The notes under the pieces were generated by a model. That model saw nothing but the letters and a program-made list of their open reading frames with translations. It had not been told where the DNA came from and did not search any database. Shown here in pieces: positions 9,685-18,531 of a DNA stretch of 64,000 nucleotides (position 1 is the first letter of the stretch; every line of letters begins with the position of its first letter). The stretch lies in the NCBI GenBank assembly GCA_043814965.1, contig JBDRJN010000003.1, forward strand, positions 136,677 to 200,676. The letters are read 5' to 3'. The position numbers were made by a program, and so were the translations under genes. This DNA comes from Candidatus Omnitrophota bacterium. GTDB lineage: Bacteria > Omnitrophota > Gorgyraeia > Gorgyraeales > Gorgyraeaceae.

Positions 9685-10940
9685 TGGGTGACCTCTCCTA
9701 CAAGGTCATATTCATATGTATCTATTATACGGGCATTATAGAATTTTCCAATATTTAATTTTTTATTTTTACTTTTTATATACACCAGGCCATCTACCTC
9801 TGGGGCGTCGTATTCGGTCCTACCTATAAAATCACCGTTAGACTCTTCCTCTACCAATACCTTTAAGACCTTTCCCTTAAGACCTTCATTGATGGTCTTT
9901 GATATAGCCTGCTGAGTGGCCATAGCCTCCTTAAAACGCTCTTCTTTTATATCCTCAGGCACTTGGCCTTTAAAACTATAAGCAGGGGTACTCTCTTCCC
10001 TGGAATATTTAAAAAGTCCGAGCCTTTCAAATCTTATATCTTCTATAAAATCCATCAGCTCTTCAAAATCTTTATCAGTCTCCCCGGGAAAACCAACTAT
10101 AAGAGATGTCCTAAGCGCTGATCCAGGTATCTTGGTACGTATATGATCTATCAAGGAAAGAATATCTTTTTTAGTGGTCTTACGGCCCATACCCTTAAGG
10201 ATCTTACTTGAGACATGTTCTATTGGAAGGTCTATATATCTACAGATATGATGGGAATCTTTTATAATATCTATGGTATCTTTATCAAGATTCTTGGGAT
10301 GGCAGTATAAAAGCCTTATCCAGTTATTATCTGACATGGAATCCAGCTTTTTAAGAAGCTCTCCCAGCCTTCTTTTCTTATACATATCCGTACCATATAA
10401 GGATGTATCCTGCCCTACTAAGACTATCTCTTTTATTCCATTTTTAATAGACGCTTCAGCTTCCTTGATGATATTATCCATAGGTTTACTTTTGTATGGG
10501 CCTTTTAGATAAGGGATAATGCAATATGTACACCTATTGAGGCAACCCTCTGAGATCTTGAGATATGCATAATAGCTGGGGGTCAAGAGTCTTTCTGGAG
10601 GGTCATTAAAAGTAGATTTAAAATCCAGCACTCCCCTAAATTCATCTACTTCCTTAAGTTCTTTCTTGAGCTCTTTCTGGTATCTCTCGCTCAAGCATCC
10701 GGCGACGATGATCCTCTTGATATCGCCTGACTTTTTGGCGTCAATGACCTTTAGGATAGTATCTATGGATTCCTTTTTGGCATCCTCTATAAAACTACAT
10801 GTATTTATGACCACAGTATCGGATCCTAGGGATTCATCCTTAAACACATAACCCTTTTTTTTGAATTCACCGGCTATATGCTCTGAATCCACCAGGTTTC
10901 TGGGGCACCCCAAGCTAATAATACTAAAAGTTTTCTTCAT
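9681..10940 (-). CDS. rimO: Radical-SAM methylthiotransferase of the MiaB/RimO family (probably ribosomal protein S12 methylthiotransferase RimO)
   Basis: N-terminal MTTase domain SLGCPRNLVDSE, radical-SAM CLNRCTYCIIP and a C-terminal TRAM-like domain. 419 aa. Confidence 0.65.
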   Translation of the reverse strand: MKKTFSIISLGCPRNLVDSEHIAGEFKKKGYVFKDESLGSDTVVINTCSFIEDAKKESIDTILKVIDAKKSGDIKRIIVAGCLSERYQKELKKELKEVDEFRGVLDFKSTFNDPPERLLTPSYYAYLKISEGCLNRCTYCIIPYLKGPYKSKPMDNIIKEAEASIKNGIKEIVLVGQDTSLYGTDMYKKRRLGELLKKLDSMSDNNWIRLLYCHPKNLDKDTIDIIKDSHHICRYIDLPIEHVSSKILKGMGRKTTKKDILSLIDHIRTKIPGSALRTSLIVGFPGETDKDFEELMDFIEDIRFERLGLFKYSREESTPAYSFKGQVPEDIKEERFKEAMATQQAISKTINEGLKGKVLKVLVEEESNGDFIGRTEYDAPEVDGLVYIKSKNKKLNIGKFYNARIIDTYEYDLVGEVTQ

Positions 10941-10944
10941 AATA

Positions 10945-10972
10945 GAATAAAAAATAGGGGCGATCGCCCCTT
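10945..10972 (-). terminator. Rho-independent terminator (GGGGCGATCGCCCC hairpin plus U-tract) after the RodZ-like gene
   Basis: Perfect 14-bp palindrome at 10957-10970. The minus strand has a UAUUUUUUAUU tract immediately after it. Confidence 0.55.
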
Positions 10973-11000
10973 TATGTAATATATGACCTTTCCTTCTAGA

Positions 11001-11867
11001 TTACTGTTTTTTTACGCCATCTTTTGCAACCGATAGGATCATCTTCTCTCCTTTTTGCCCAGGAGAGCCCAAGGCCTTGTTATCAAGTTTTAAAAGCACT
11101 GCGCCAGCGTTGCCGACTTTTACTTTTATGGATCTTTCTGCATGCCAGGTGTTTTTTTCATCTTTTTTTAGTATCCCCCTGTACTGCAGCTTATCATCGC
11201 TTACTACTTCCAGCCATACATTGTACCTGGCAAATATCTCAAAATCAAAGTCTGTCTCTATCTTGATCGGTTCTTCTTTAGGTTTCTCGGGTTCTGGGGC
11301 TGGGGTCTCTAAGACAGGTTTTGCTGGTTCCCCTGGAACTTCTTTTGCAAGGGCTGCTTCTTTGGGTTTGATACCTACGAGTTTTTCTTTTTTGACTTCT
11401 TTTTTGTCTTCCTTGGCCAGGGCTCTTTTATAAGCCATCTTTTCCCTGTAGGCGATCAGTGGTTTCCCAGCTATATTCTTTATGCCTAATATACCTAAAA
11501 ATAATATCCATATACCGACTATCGTGACAAATCCTGTCAATAACTGCTGTTTATGGGACGTAAACCAGACAAATAAGGCCCTTGGCTCTACTGGGGGGCG
11601 GGCTTTTATCTCTAAAATAGGGTCGTCTTTTTTGGGTACAGTTTCCAGAAAATCTTTTACAGCCTTTTCATTCTCTGCTCCCAAAAACTTGGAATAAGAC
11701 CTTACAAAATTTCTTGTATAAAAAGCCGACGCTATCTCGCTAAGCCTGTTCTCCTCTATCTTCATGAGGATGTCTTTTGTGATACGGGTCCTCTCTGCCG
11801 CATCTTCCAGAGAAAGATCCTTTGACTCTCTTATATTTCTTAAGACATCCCCCAGGACTTCTGCCAT
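11001..11867 (-). CDS. rodZ: RodZ-like cytoskeleton protein (XRE-type HTH, TM segment, Pro/Lys-rich linker, DUF4115-like C-domain)
   Basis: N-terminal HTH LSLEDAAERTRITKDILMKIEEN, one TM helix, a PEPEKPKEEP linker and a C-terminal beta-rich domain. Confidence 0.55.
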   Translation of the reverse strand: MAEVLGDVLRNIRESKDLSLEDAAERTRITKDILMKIEENRLSEIASAFYTRNFVRSYSKFLGAENEKAVKDFLETVPKKDDPILEIKARPPVEPRALFVWFTSHKQQLLTGFVTIVGIWILFLGILGIKNIAGKPLIAYREKMAYKRALAKEDKKEVKKEKLVGIKPKEAALAKEVPGEPAKPVLETPAPEPEKPKEEPIKIETDFDFEIFARYNVWLEVVSDDKLQYRGILKKDEKNTWHAERSIKVKVGNAGAVLLKLDNKALGSPGQKGEKMILSVAKDGVKKQ

Positions 11868-11872
11868 TTATG

Positions 11873-14074
11873 CTATTCCTCTTGCGAGACTTCGTCTGCT
11901 TCTGTCTTATACTCTTTTATAAGTATCTCTCTTGGTTTACTGCCTCTATAAGAACCTACTATTCCTTCCTCTTCCATGGCATCTATAAGCCTCGCGGCCC
12001 TGGTATAGCCCAGACGAAGCCTTCTCTGAAGCATTGATACAGATGCCTGTCCTGTTTCCATGACCATCTTTACAGCTTCATCAAAATATTCGTCCTTTTC
12101 AAATCCAGCTTTTCCAGTAACACTCTTTTTTTGCTGTTCGAGGATCTCATCATCATAAAAAGGCTCTCTTTGTTCCTTTATAAAATTCACTACCTTCTCT
12201 ATCTCTATGTCTGAGAGTAATGTACCCTGCGCCCTTATAGGCTTTGCATTTCCCGGCTGCATGAACAGCATATCGCCTTTCCCCAGCAGTTTATCAGCGC
12301 CATTCATATCAAGGACAGTTCTCGAATCTACTTTTGAAGCTACCTTAAATGATATCCTCGCTGGAAAATTCGCCTTGATGACCCCTGTCACTACATCTAC
12401 TGACGGCCTCTGTGTTGCCAAGATTATATGTATACCTACAGCTCTTGAGAGCTGGGCAAGCCTGGTAATAGCATTTTCTACATCCTGCTGCGCTATCATC
12501 ATCAGATCCGCCAGTTCATCTATGATCACGACTATATAAGGAAGCCTTTCTTCGTTTTCTACTTTTTTATTGAACGCGTCTATGTTTCTAACTGAAAGTT
12601 TTGCGAGTTTCTTGTATCTCTCTTCCATCTCATTGACTACCCATGCCAAGGCGCCCGCGGCTTTTTTAGAATCAGTCACCACTGGGCAAAGCAAATGCGG
12701 CAGCCCGTTATAGATAGCCAGCTCCACCATCTTTGGGTCTACCATGATAAACTTCAGCTCATCCGGCGTAGCATTGTATATCATACTCATTATAAGTGAA
12801 TTTACGCAAACTGTCTTGCCAGACCCTGTAGTGCCGGCAATAAGTAAATGCGGCATATCCCCAAGATCAGTTACAACGCTCTTGCCTGATATATCTTTTC
12901 CCAGGGCCATTGTAAGCTTTGATAGCTTTGCTTTTTTCTGGTATTCGCTGGACTCCAGTATCTCTCTCAAGGAAACAAGAGAACTGCTTTGGTTTGGGAC
13001 CTCTATGCCAACAGCGGATTTTCCAGGGATAGGCGCGACTATCCTGACAGTAGTAGCCTTCATCGTGAGCGCGATATCATCACTTAAAGAAGTGATCCTA
13101 TTGACCTTTACGCCAGGGGCTGGCTGAAGCTCGTATCTGGTGATAACAGGCCCCTTGCTTACATCCACCACTTTTGCCTCTATACTGAAATCCCTCAGGG
13201 TATCCTCTAATATCCTGGAAGAAGCTTCCAGGTCTTCATCTATCAATATTCCTGGATCAGATAAACCTATCTCCAAGAGATCCAGCGGCGGCATATTGTA
13301 GTCTCCGACAACCCTGGGCTCTATCTTGATAGGTTTTTTAGGAGCTGGCTTGGGAGCCAATTTTATCCTGGGCATAGATATCTTTGGCGCCTGACTCGGT
13401 TCTTCCTCTATATCAACCCCACCTAGCCCCTTTGGCTTTTTATCTACTTTGACTGCTGGTTTCAATCTTGGCCTTGGTCTAAGAGAAAGTATCTTCTCAG
13501 TGACTAATTTTTTCTCGAGCCTTTTTACCTTAAGGTCTTTTATCAGATTCCACATACGCAGTACCAGGAAAGATGCGAGAGGCACTAGCAAAAATTCCGT
13601 GACGAGTAGAAGCGCCAATACGCTCAACGCAAAAGTCACTATATATCCACCGACTACTCCTATATATTTAAGGAGCAAACTCGATGCAAGATAACCCAAC
13701 AAACCTCCTCTTTCCACCATCAATACAGAGTCTTCGCCTCCTGTCAGGCTGAATAAACTAGCTGAAGAAGAAAAGAAAAGCATGAGCCCCAATATCCTCA
13801 CACCTATCCTCTGCTCAAACCTCTCGGCAAGTATCCCTATACCCCACACAAGGCATAAAAATGGCACAAAAAACCCAGCATAACCTACGGCCTTGAAGAT
13901 AAACCAGGCAATATGCGCTCCGACAATACCTGTATAGTTCCTTATGTGTAAGTTTGGAGTTGAAGTCTCAAAGCCGATATCATAGGGAGAGTACGAGAAC
14001 ATTGCGGCAAGCAAAAATACCATCAGTGTAAATAGTCCCAGCGATTTTATAAGGTCGAATTTGTCTCTTTTCAT
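11873..14074 (-). CDS. ftsK: DNA translocase FtsK
   Basis: N-terminal polytopic membrane domain, Walker A GTTGSGKTVCVNS, and a C-terminal gamma winged-helix (SVSMLQRRLRLGYTRAARLIDAMEEEGIV). Confidence 0.9.
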   Translation of the reverse strand: MKRDKFDLIKSLGLFTLMVFLLAAMFSYSPYDIGFETSTPNLHIRNYTGIVGAHIAWFIFKAVGYAGFFVPFLCLVWGIGILAERFEQRIGVRILGLMLFFSSSASLFSLTGGEDSVLMVERGGLLGYLASSLLLKYIGVVGGYIVTFALSVLALLLVTEFLLVPLASFLVLRMWNLIKDLKVKRLEKKLVTEKILSLRPRPRLKPAVKVDKKPKGLGGVDIEEEPSQAPKISMPRIKLAPKPAPKKPIKIEPRVVGDYNMPPLDLLEIGLSDPGILIDEDLEASSRILEDTLRDFSIEAKVVDVSKGPVITRYELQPAPGVKVNRITSLSDDIALTMKATTVRIVAPIPGKSAVGIEVPNQSSSLVSLREILESSEYQKKAKLSKLTMALGKDISGKSVVTDLGDMPHLLIAGTTGSGKTVCVNSLIMSMIYNATPDELKFIMVDPKMVELAIYNGLPHLLCPVVTDSKKAAGALAWVVNEMEERYKKLAKLSVRNIDAFNKKVENEERLPYIVVIIDELADLMMIAQQDVENAITRLAQLSRAVGIHIILATQRPSVDVVTGVIKANFPARISFKVASKVDSRTVLDMNGADKLLGKGDMLFMQPGNAKPIRAQGTLLSDIEIEKVVNFIKEQREPFYDDEILEQQKKSVTGKAGFEKDEYFDEAVKMVMETGQASVSMLQRRLRLGYTRAARLIDAMEEEGIVGSYRGSKPREILIKEYKTEADEVSQEE

Positions 14075-14811
14075 AAGAATATAAGTACCAGCATCCCAGC
14101 TATAATACAGTAAAAACCGAATATATAAAGCTTGTTTTTATAAAGCACCTTTAATAATAATCTTAATGAAAATATCCCCACGATACAAGATGTAATAAAT
14201 CCAAATATATAATTTATGCTAAAACCCTCCAAGCCGCCTTGCTTTACTTTGAGTATAAAAGCGCCTACTATAGCAGGGATACTAAGTAAAAATGAAAATC
14301 TCACCGCAGAATTAGGAGATAGCCCCAGGAACATCGCAGTAGATATCGTAGCCCCGCTTCTAGAGATACCAGGTATAGCCGCTATCCCCTGGCTAATACC
14401 TACGATGACAGACTTGATCCCCGATAGAGTCTCTCCGCCAAACCTTACGAATACTCCTACAAAAAGCCAAACACCAGTAAGTACAAGCATCACACCTACT
14501 AATTTTACATCGCTAAATACACGCTCTATACCCTTGCCAAATATAACCACAAATACCCCTGTAACTAGCGTTGCTATCAATAGATGTATGATATTCCTTT
14601 TTCTTATTGTAAATAGGTCCACTATATCTCTTGCAAACACTATGACTATGGCTAAAAGTGTCCCTAGGTGAAGGAATATATCGAATAAGATCTGAGGTTC
14701 TTTCAGGCCAAATAGATTATGCAGGATAACCAGGTGCCCTGAGCTTGATATAGGAAGGAATTCTGTTAAACCCTGGATAATGCCGGAAAGTACAGCCTCT
14801 AAAAAATTCAT
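14071..14811 (-). CDS. uppP: Undecaprenyl-diphosphatase
   Basis: GLTEFLPISSSGHL and PGISRSGATI motifs. 246-aa polytopic membrane protein. Confidence 0.85.
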   Translation of the reverse strand: MNFLEAVLSGIIQGLTEFLPISSSGHLVILHNLFGLKEPQILFDIFLHLGTLLAIVIVFARDIVDLFTIRKRNIIHLLIATLVTGVFVVIFGKGIERVFSDVKLVGVMLVLTGVWLFVGVFVRFGGETLSGIKSVIVGISQGIAAIPGISRSGATISTAMFLGLSPNSAVRFSFLLSIPAIVGAFILKVKQGGLEGFSINYIFGFITSCIVGIFSLRLLLKVLYKNKLYIFGFYCIIAGMLVLIFL

Positions 14812-14903
14812 GATTCGTAATGTGTGATGCGTAATAAGTAACCTTGCTCTGTAGCCCCCTGCCTGCCGGCAGTCAGGCGTTACCCTTAACCCATTACCCG
14901 TTT

Positions 14904-16976
14904 TTATTCCTGAGCTTGCTTCATGCTAAGGTTGAGCCTGCCCATCTCATCTATCTTTACCAGCTTTACCTTAACCTTATCTCCGACCTTGACAACATCC
15001 TCTACATTCTTTACAAAACCATTCTTTAATTCAGAGACATGCACCAGGCCTTCTCTGCCTGGAAATATCTCACAAAACGCCCCAAAATTCATTATACGGG
15101 TAATAGTGCCATCAAAGATCGTGCCGGGCTCAAGTTCTCCTGCAATACCCTTGACTGCTTCAACAGCCCTTCTGATAGCTTCTTCTTTGTCAGACGAGAT
15201 AGCTACTTTACCATCATCGTCCACTTCGATAGTCGCGCCTGTCTCCTTGATGATCTTTTTTATTATCTTGCCTCCAGGGCCTATAAGATCCCTTATCTTA
15301 TCTTTATCGATCATGAGAGTAATGATCTTTGGCGCATAAGCTGAAAGGTCTTTTCTGGGCTTGTCTATAGCCTCTGCCATCTTATCAAGGATAAATTTCC
15401 TCGCAGGCTTAGTATGCTCCATTATCTCTTTTATCAGATCAATAGAGATACCATCTATCTTCAGGTCCATCTGAAGCGCAGTAAGCCCATCCTCTGTGCC
15501 AGCTGCTTTAAAATCCATATCCCCGAAATGGTCCTCTGAACCTGCTATATCTGTCAGTATCGCGTATTTATCTTTTTCCTTTACCAAGCCCATTGCAATA
15601 CCTGATACAGGTTTTTTGATAGGCACCCCTGCATCCATAAGTGAAAGTGTACTTGCGCACACTGTTGCCATAGAGCTAGAACCATTGGACTCCAGTATCT
15701 CTGATACGATCCTTATGGTATACGGGAACTCTTCGGATTGAGGTATGACTGCCTTTAAAGCCTTTTCAGCTAATGCGCCATGCCCTATCTCACGCCTTCC
15801 AGGGCCTCTGGCAGGGCCTACCTCTCCCACGCTAAAAGCTGGAAAATTATAATGCAGCATGAAGGTCTTGAATCTTTCACCTTCGAGCGCATCCAATCTC
15901 TGCTCATCCTGGCTTGTGCCAAGAGTTGTTGTAGACAGGCTCTGCGTCTCGCCTCTTGTAAATAAACCCGAACCATGGGTCCTGGGCAGTACCCCTACTT
16001 CACAAGCAATAGGCCTTATCTCGGTGTAAGGCCTGCCGTCTGTCCTCTTCGAGTTGCCCAATATGTATTTTCGGATCTCTTCTTTCTCTACCTTATATAA
16101 AGCGTTCTTAATATCTATGTCTTCGAGTGTTTCATCTTCTTTTTTTAATTTTTCCATGACCTCTTTGCCAAGAGCTATCCTCTCCTCGGTCCTTTTTTCT
16201 TTTGTAGGCAATGCGCTGATCTTCTGGATCTCTTTTGCAGCAATATGCTTTACCTTTTCATAGAGTTCTTTTTTGACTGTCTTTAGTTCTGGTTTGAGTT
16301 TTTCCCTGCCGCATTTTTTCTGAAGCTCTTCCTGCAATGCTATAGTATCAGCAATATGCTTTTGGGCAAATTCTATTGCTTCAAGCATCTTTTCTTCAGA
16401 TATCTCATTAGCCCCTGCCTCGATCATGACTACTTTATCTTTTGTACCTACCATGACCAGATTGAGTTCGCTTTTTTCCAGTTCCTGGAAAGTAGGGTTC
16501 ACTATAAATTCATTATCTATAAGCCCTATCTTTACAGCTCCTATCGGGCCTAAGAACGGTATATCTGATATTGTCAACGCTGCTGATGCCCCGACCAAGG
16601 CTGGTATATCAGAGTCATTTGCCCCATCGCTTGACAGCACTGTAGCGAACACCTGCACATCATTTGTATACCCGTCAGGGAAAAGCGGCCTTATGGGCCT
16701 GTCTATGAGGCGGGCAGTAAGTATCTCTTTTTCTGTGGGACGGCCTTCTCTCTTAAAGTAACCTCCAGGGATCCTGCCTGCCGCGTATGTCTTTTCCTTG
16801 TACTCGACTATCAGAGGAAAAAAATCTATCCCCTCCTTGGCCTCTTTTGAACATACTGCTGTCACCAGCACCACGGTCCCGCCATACTGCACGCACACTG
16901 CGCCATTAGCCTGTTTTGCAAGCTTGCCTGTTTCTATTATTAAATTCTCTCTTCCTATTCCTTTTTCAACTTTCAT
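14904..16976 (-). CDS. pnp: Polyribonucleotide nucleotidyltransferase (PNPase)
   Basis: 690 aa with two RNase PH domains and C-terminal KH and S1 domains (FGAFCEIFPGREGLVHVSEL). Confidence 0.92.
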   Translation of the reverse strand: MKVEKGIGRENLIIETGKLAKQANGAVCVQYGGTVVLVTAVCSKEAKEGIDFFPLIVEYKEKTYAAGRIPGGYFKREGRPTEKEILTARLIDRPIRPLFPDGYTNDVQVFATVLSSDGANDSDIPALVGASAALTISDIPFLGPIGAVKIGLIDNEFIVNPTFQELEKSELNLVMVGTKDKVVMIEAGANEISEEKMLEAIEFAQKHIADTIALQEELQKKCGREKLKPELKTVKKELYEKVKHIAAKEIQKISALPTKEKRTEERIALGKEVMEKLKKEDETLEDIDIKNALYKVEKEEIRKYILGNSKRTDGRPYTEIRPIACEVGVLPRTHGSGLFTRGETQSLSTTTLGTSQDEQRLDALEGERFKTFMLHYNFPAFSVGEVGPARGPGRREIGHGALAEKALKAVIPQSEEFPYTIRIVSEILESNGSSSMATVCASTLSLMDAGVPIKKPVSGIAMGLVKEKDKYAILTDIAGSEDHFGDMDFKAAGTEDGLTALQMDLKIDGISIDLIKEIMEHTKPARKFILDKMAEAIDKPRKDLSAYAPKIITLMIDKDKIRDLIGPGGKIIKKIIKETGATIEVDDDGKVAISSDKEEAIRRAVEAVKGIAGELEPGTIFDGTITRIMNFGAFCEIFPGREGLVHVSELKNGFVKNVEDVVKVGDKVKVKLVKIDEMGRLNLSMKQAQE

Positions 16977-17003
16977 AACGACTCCTTTTAGATTGCTTTA
17001 TAG

Positions 17004-17077
17004 TAAAAAAAGCGGATCTTAAAGACTTTCTTCGTGAGCGATTTAAATCCAAAAAAAGTCCTTAAAAAAATCCGCTT
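17004..17077 (-). terminator. rpsO terminator / pnp leader: long hairpin (8-bp stem AAGCGGAU/AUCCGCUU enclosing about 52 nt) followed by a U-run of 7 or more
   Basis: Inverted repeats at 17010-17017 and 17070-17077. The minus-strand U-tract follows at 17004-17009. Position matches the classic rpsO-pnp RNase III/attenuator hairpin. Confidence 0.5.
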
Positions 17078-17079
17078 CT

Positions 17080-17349
17080 TTACTTCTTTAGATTTAGTTT
17101 TTCTATGAGATCCCTGTATTTACTGACATCTTCTCTTTTTAAATATTCCAAGAGCCTTTTTCTCTGGCTTACCAAGCGCAATAACCCTACCCTTGAAGCA
17201 AAATCTTTTCTATGGACCTTAAAGTGTTCTGTAAGGCCGTTGATCCTGTCCGTAAGCAGCGCTACCTGGACACTGCATGAACCCGTGTCCTTTTCATGCT
17301 GAGAAAAATCTCTGATGATCTCTGACTTTTGTCTTATTTGTAGTACCAT
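17080..17349 (-). CDS. rpsO: 30S ribosomal protein S15
   Basis: [27 protein letters not shown]...[15 protein letters not shown] is S15. The track ORF starts at a GTG at 17361, but GGAGGAG sits 5 nt before the ATG at 17349, giving the canonical 89-aa S15. Confidence 0.88.
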   Translation of the reverse strand: MVLQIRQKSEIIRDFSQHEKDTGSCSVQVALLTDRINGLTEHFKVHRKDFASRVGLLRLVSQRKRLLEYLKREDVSKYRDLIEKLNLKK

Positions 17350-17369
17350 TTTCTCCTCCACAATGCAAA

Positions 17370-17398
17370 ATTATACTATTTATAACACGCTACGTCAA
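17370..17398 (-). promoter_or_regulatory. Consensus sigma70-type promoter for rpsO: TTGACG, 17-nt spacer, TATAAT
   Basis: Minus strand reads TTGACGtagcgtgttataaatagTATAAT. The -10 lies at 17370-17375 and the -35 at 17393-17398. Confidence 0.6.
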
Positions 17399-17430
17399 GC
17401 ATTTCTTTATATTATTATACAACCCTAATC

Positions 17431-17487
17431 GTAGGGGAGCCTTACCTGTCCTCCGTAGCTTTAGCGGAGGAGGAAGGCTCCCCTACC
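17431..17487. repeat. Palindromic element copy 2 (GTAGGGGAGCCTT...AAGGCTCCCCTAC with a 31-bp internal insert); overlaps the 3' end and stop of the GT2 gene
   Basis: Same arms as the other copies. The GT2 reading frame terminates inside it. Confidence 0.7.
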
Positions 17488-18449
17488 ACTCCCTTAAACA
17501 TTACATTTTTTATATTAACATAAGCCATATAGGTCATAAGTAAAATATCATAGCTCAATATAAAAGGAGAGTTTATTAAATAATTTTTAAAAGTATCGTT
17601 TTTCCTCATACATAAGTAGCGGTTCTTGATATATTCTTCTTTTAGTTCATCCGATAAGTAGGGGAGGCTTAAGCCTCCCCTACGATCTTTATCAGCTCCT
17701 CTAACCGCTGTCCCGCCACGTCTATGATACGCTACAGCCTTAGGAGTGTAATATGCTTTCCATCCTGCCCTGGCTGCTCTCCAGGATACATCAAGGTCTT
17801 CGTAGTACATCCTGAACCTTCTGTCAAAATATCCGTATTGGTCCTTTATATCCTCAAGCATACTTTTTCTATAAAATGCGCACGCCCCGCTCACGCCAAA
17901 TATATATTCTTCTTTATCATACTGCCCCGTACCCCGTAACCCGTAACCCGTAACCCTTTTCCCGTATCCCCTCTCGACAGGCTTTCTATTTCTTCCCAGC
18001 ATTAGTCCAGTTGAATCGATTGTGGACTTATCTTCCCGCAAGATCTTCCCTGACACCATACCGATGCTATCATCCTTACCTATTGCGCACGAAACTTCCT
18101 TTAAATAATCTTTATCCAGATATACATCATTATTGATGCAAAGTATGAATTTTCCCGAAGATCTTTTTATGCCTTCGTTATATGCTTTAGAAAAAAATAA
18201 GTTAGTTGTATTTTGAATAAGCTTTGCTTCAGGGAAATGCGTCCGCACCATCTCTACACTATTATCAGTGGAGGCATTATCTACTACAATTAATTCTATT
18301 TGTTTACCCGCATTGTTCTGTTTATCCGCATTACTCTGTTTATCCGTATTGTAGGGGAGGCTTAAGCCTCCCCTACAAGCTTTTACAGATTCCAGGCATC
18401 GCTTCAATAGATCCGCTTTATTATAATTTACAACTATTACTGATATCAT
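17442..18449 (-). CDS. Family 2 glycosyltransferase with three palindromic element copies and two tandem-repeat tracts in its reading frame
   Basis: GT2 N-terminus VIVVNYNKADLLKRCLESV...IELIVVDNASTDNS and C-terminal YHRRGGTA core. RGGLSLPY, the translated palindrome, occurs twice in the protein. Confidence 0.7.
   Translation of the reverse strand: MISVIVVNYNKADLLKRCLESVKACRGGLSLPYNTDKQSNADKQNNAGKQIELIVVDNASTDNSVEMVRTHFPEAKLIQNTTNLFFSKAYNEGIKRSSGKFILCINNDVYLDKDYLKEVSCAIGKDDSIGMVSGKILREDKSTIDSTGLMLGRNRKPVERGYGKRVTGYGLRGTGQYDKEEYIFGVSGACAFYRKSMLEDIKDQYGYFDRRFRMYYEDLDVSWRAARAGWKAYYTPKAVAYHRRGGTAVRGADKDRRGGLSLPYLSDELKEEYIKNRYLCMRKNDTFKNYLINSPFILSYDILLMTYMAYVNIKNVMFKGVVGEPSSSAKATEDR
17658..17683. 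repeat. Palindromic element copy 3 (GTAGGGGAGGCTTAAGCCTCCCCTAC), in frame inside the GT2 coding sequence
   Basis: Perfect 26-bp palindrome, translated as RRGGLSLPY. Confidence 0.75.
17925..17959. repeat. Heptanucleotide tandem repeat, about 5 copies of (C/A)CCCGTA, inside the GT2 coding sequence
   Basis: ccccgta ccccgta acccgta acccgta acccgta read directly. Encodes GYGKRVTGYGLRGTG. Confidence 0.8.
18299..18351. repeat. Three imperfect tandem copies of an 18-bp unit (TCTGTTTAYCCGYATTRY) inside the GT2 coding sequence
   Basis: Encodes the hexapeptide repeats NTDKQS, NADKQN and NAGKQ near the N-terminus of the GT2. Confidence 0.7.
18351..18376. repeat. Palindromic element copy 4 (GTAGGGGAGGCTTAAGCCTCCCCTAC), in frame in the GT2 N-terminal region
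   Basis: Identical to copy 3. Translated as ACRGGLSLPY. Confidence 0.75.
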
Positions 18450-18481
18450 CTGTTGTGCCTTAATTTTTATACCTCATATAA

Positions 18482-18511
18482 ATGTAGGGCAGGTTTCAAC
18501 CTGCCCTACAT
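18482..18511. repeat. Palindromic element copy 5, variant ATGTAGGGCAGGTTtcAACCTGCCCTACAT, between the ABC exporter stop and the GT2 start
   Basis: Perfect palindrome with 14-bp arms. It is related to the other copies by a G-to-C change in the arm. It may double as a terminator for the ABC gene. Confidence 0.6.
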
Positions 18512-18531
18512 CACACAGTCCTTCAATAAAC

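Noticed and set aside
14812-14903. Short CTGCC/GGCAG hairpin downstream of pnp as a terminator
   Set aside because: The stem is only 5 bp and no U-tract follows on the minus strand. A weak T-run on the plus strand is on the wrong strand for pnp.
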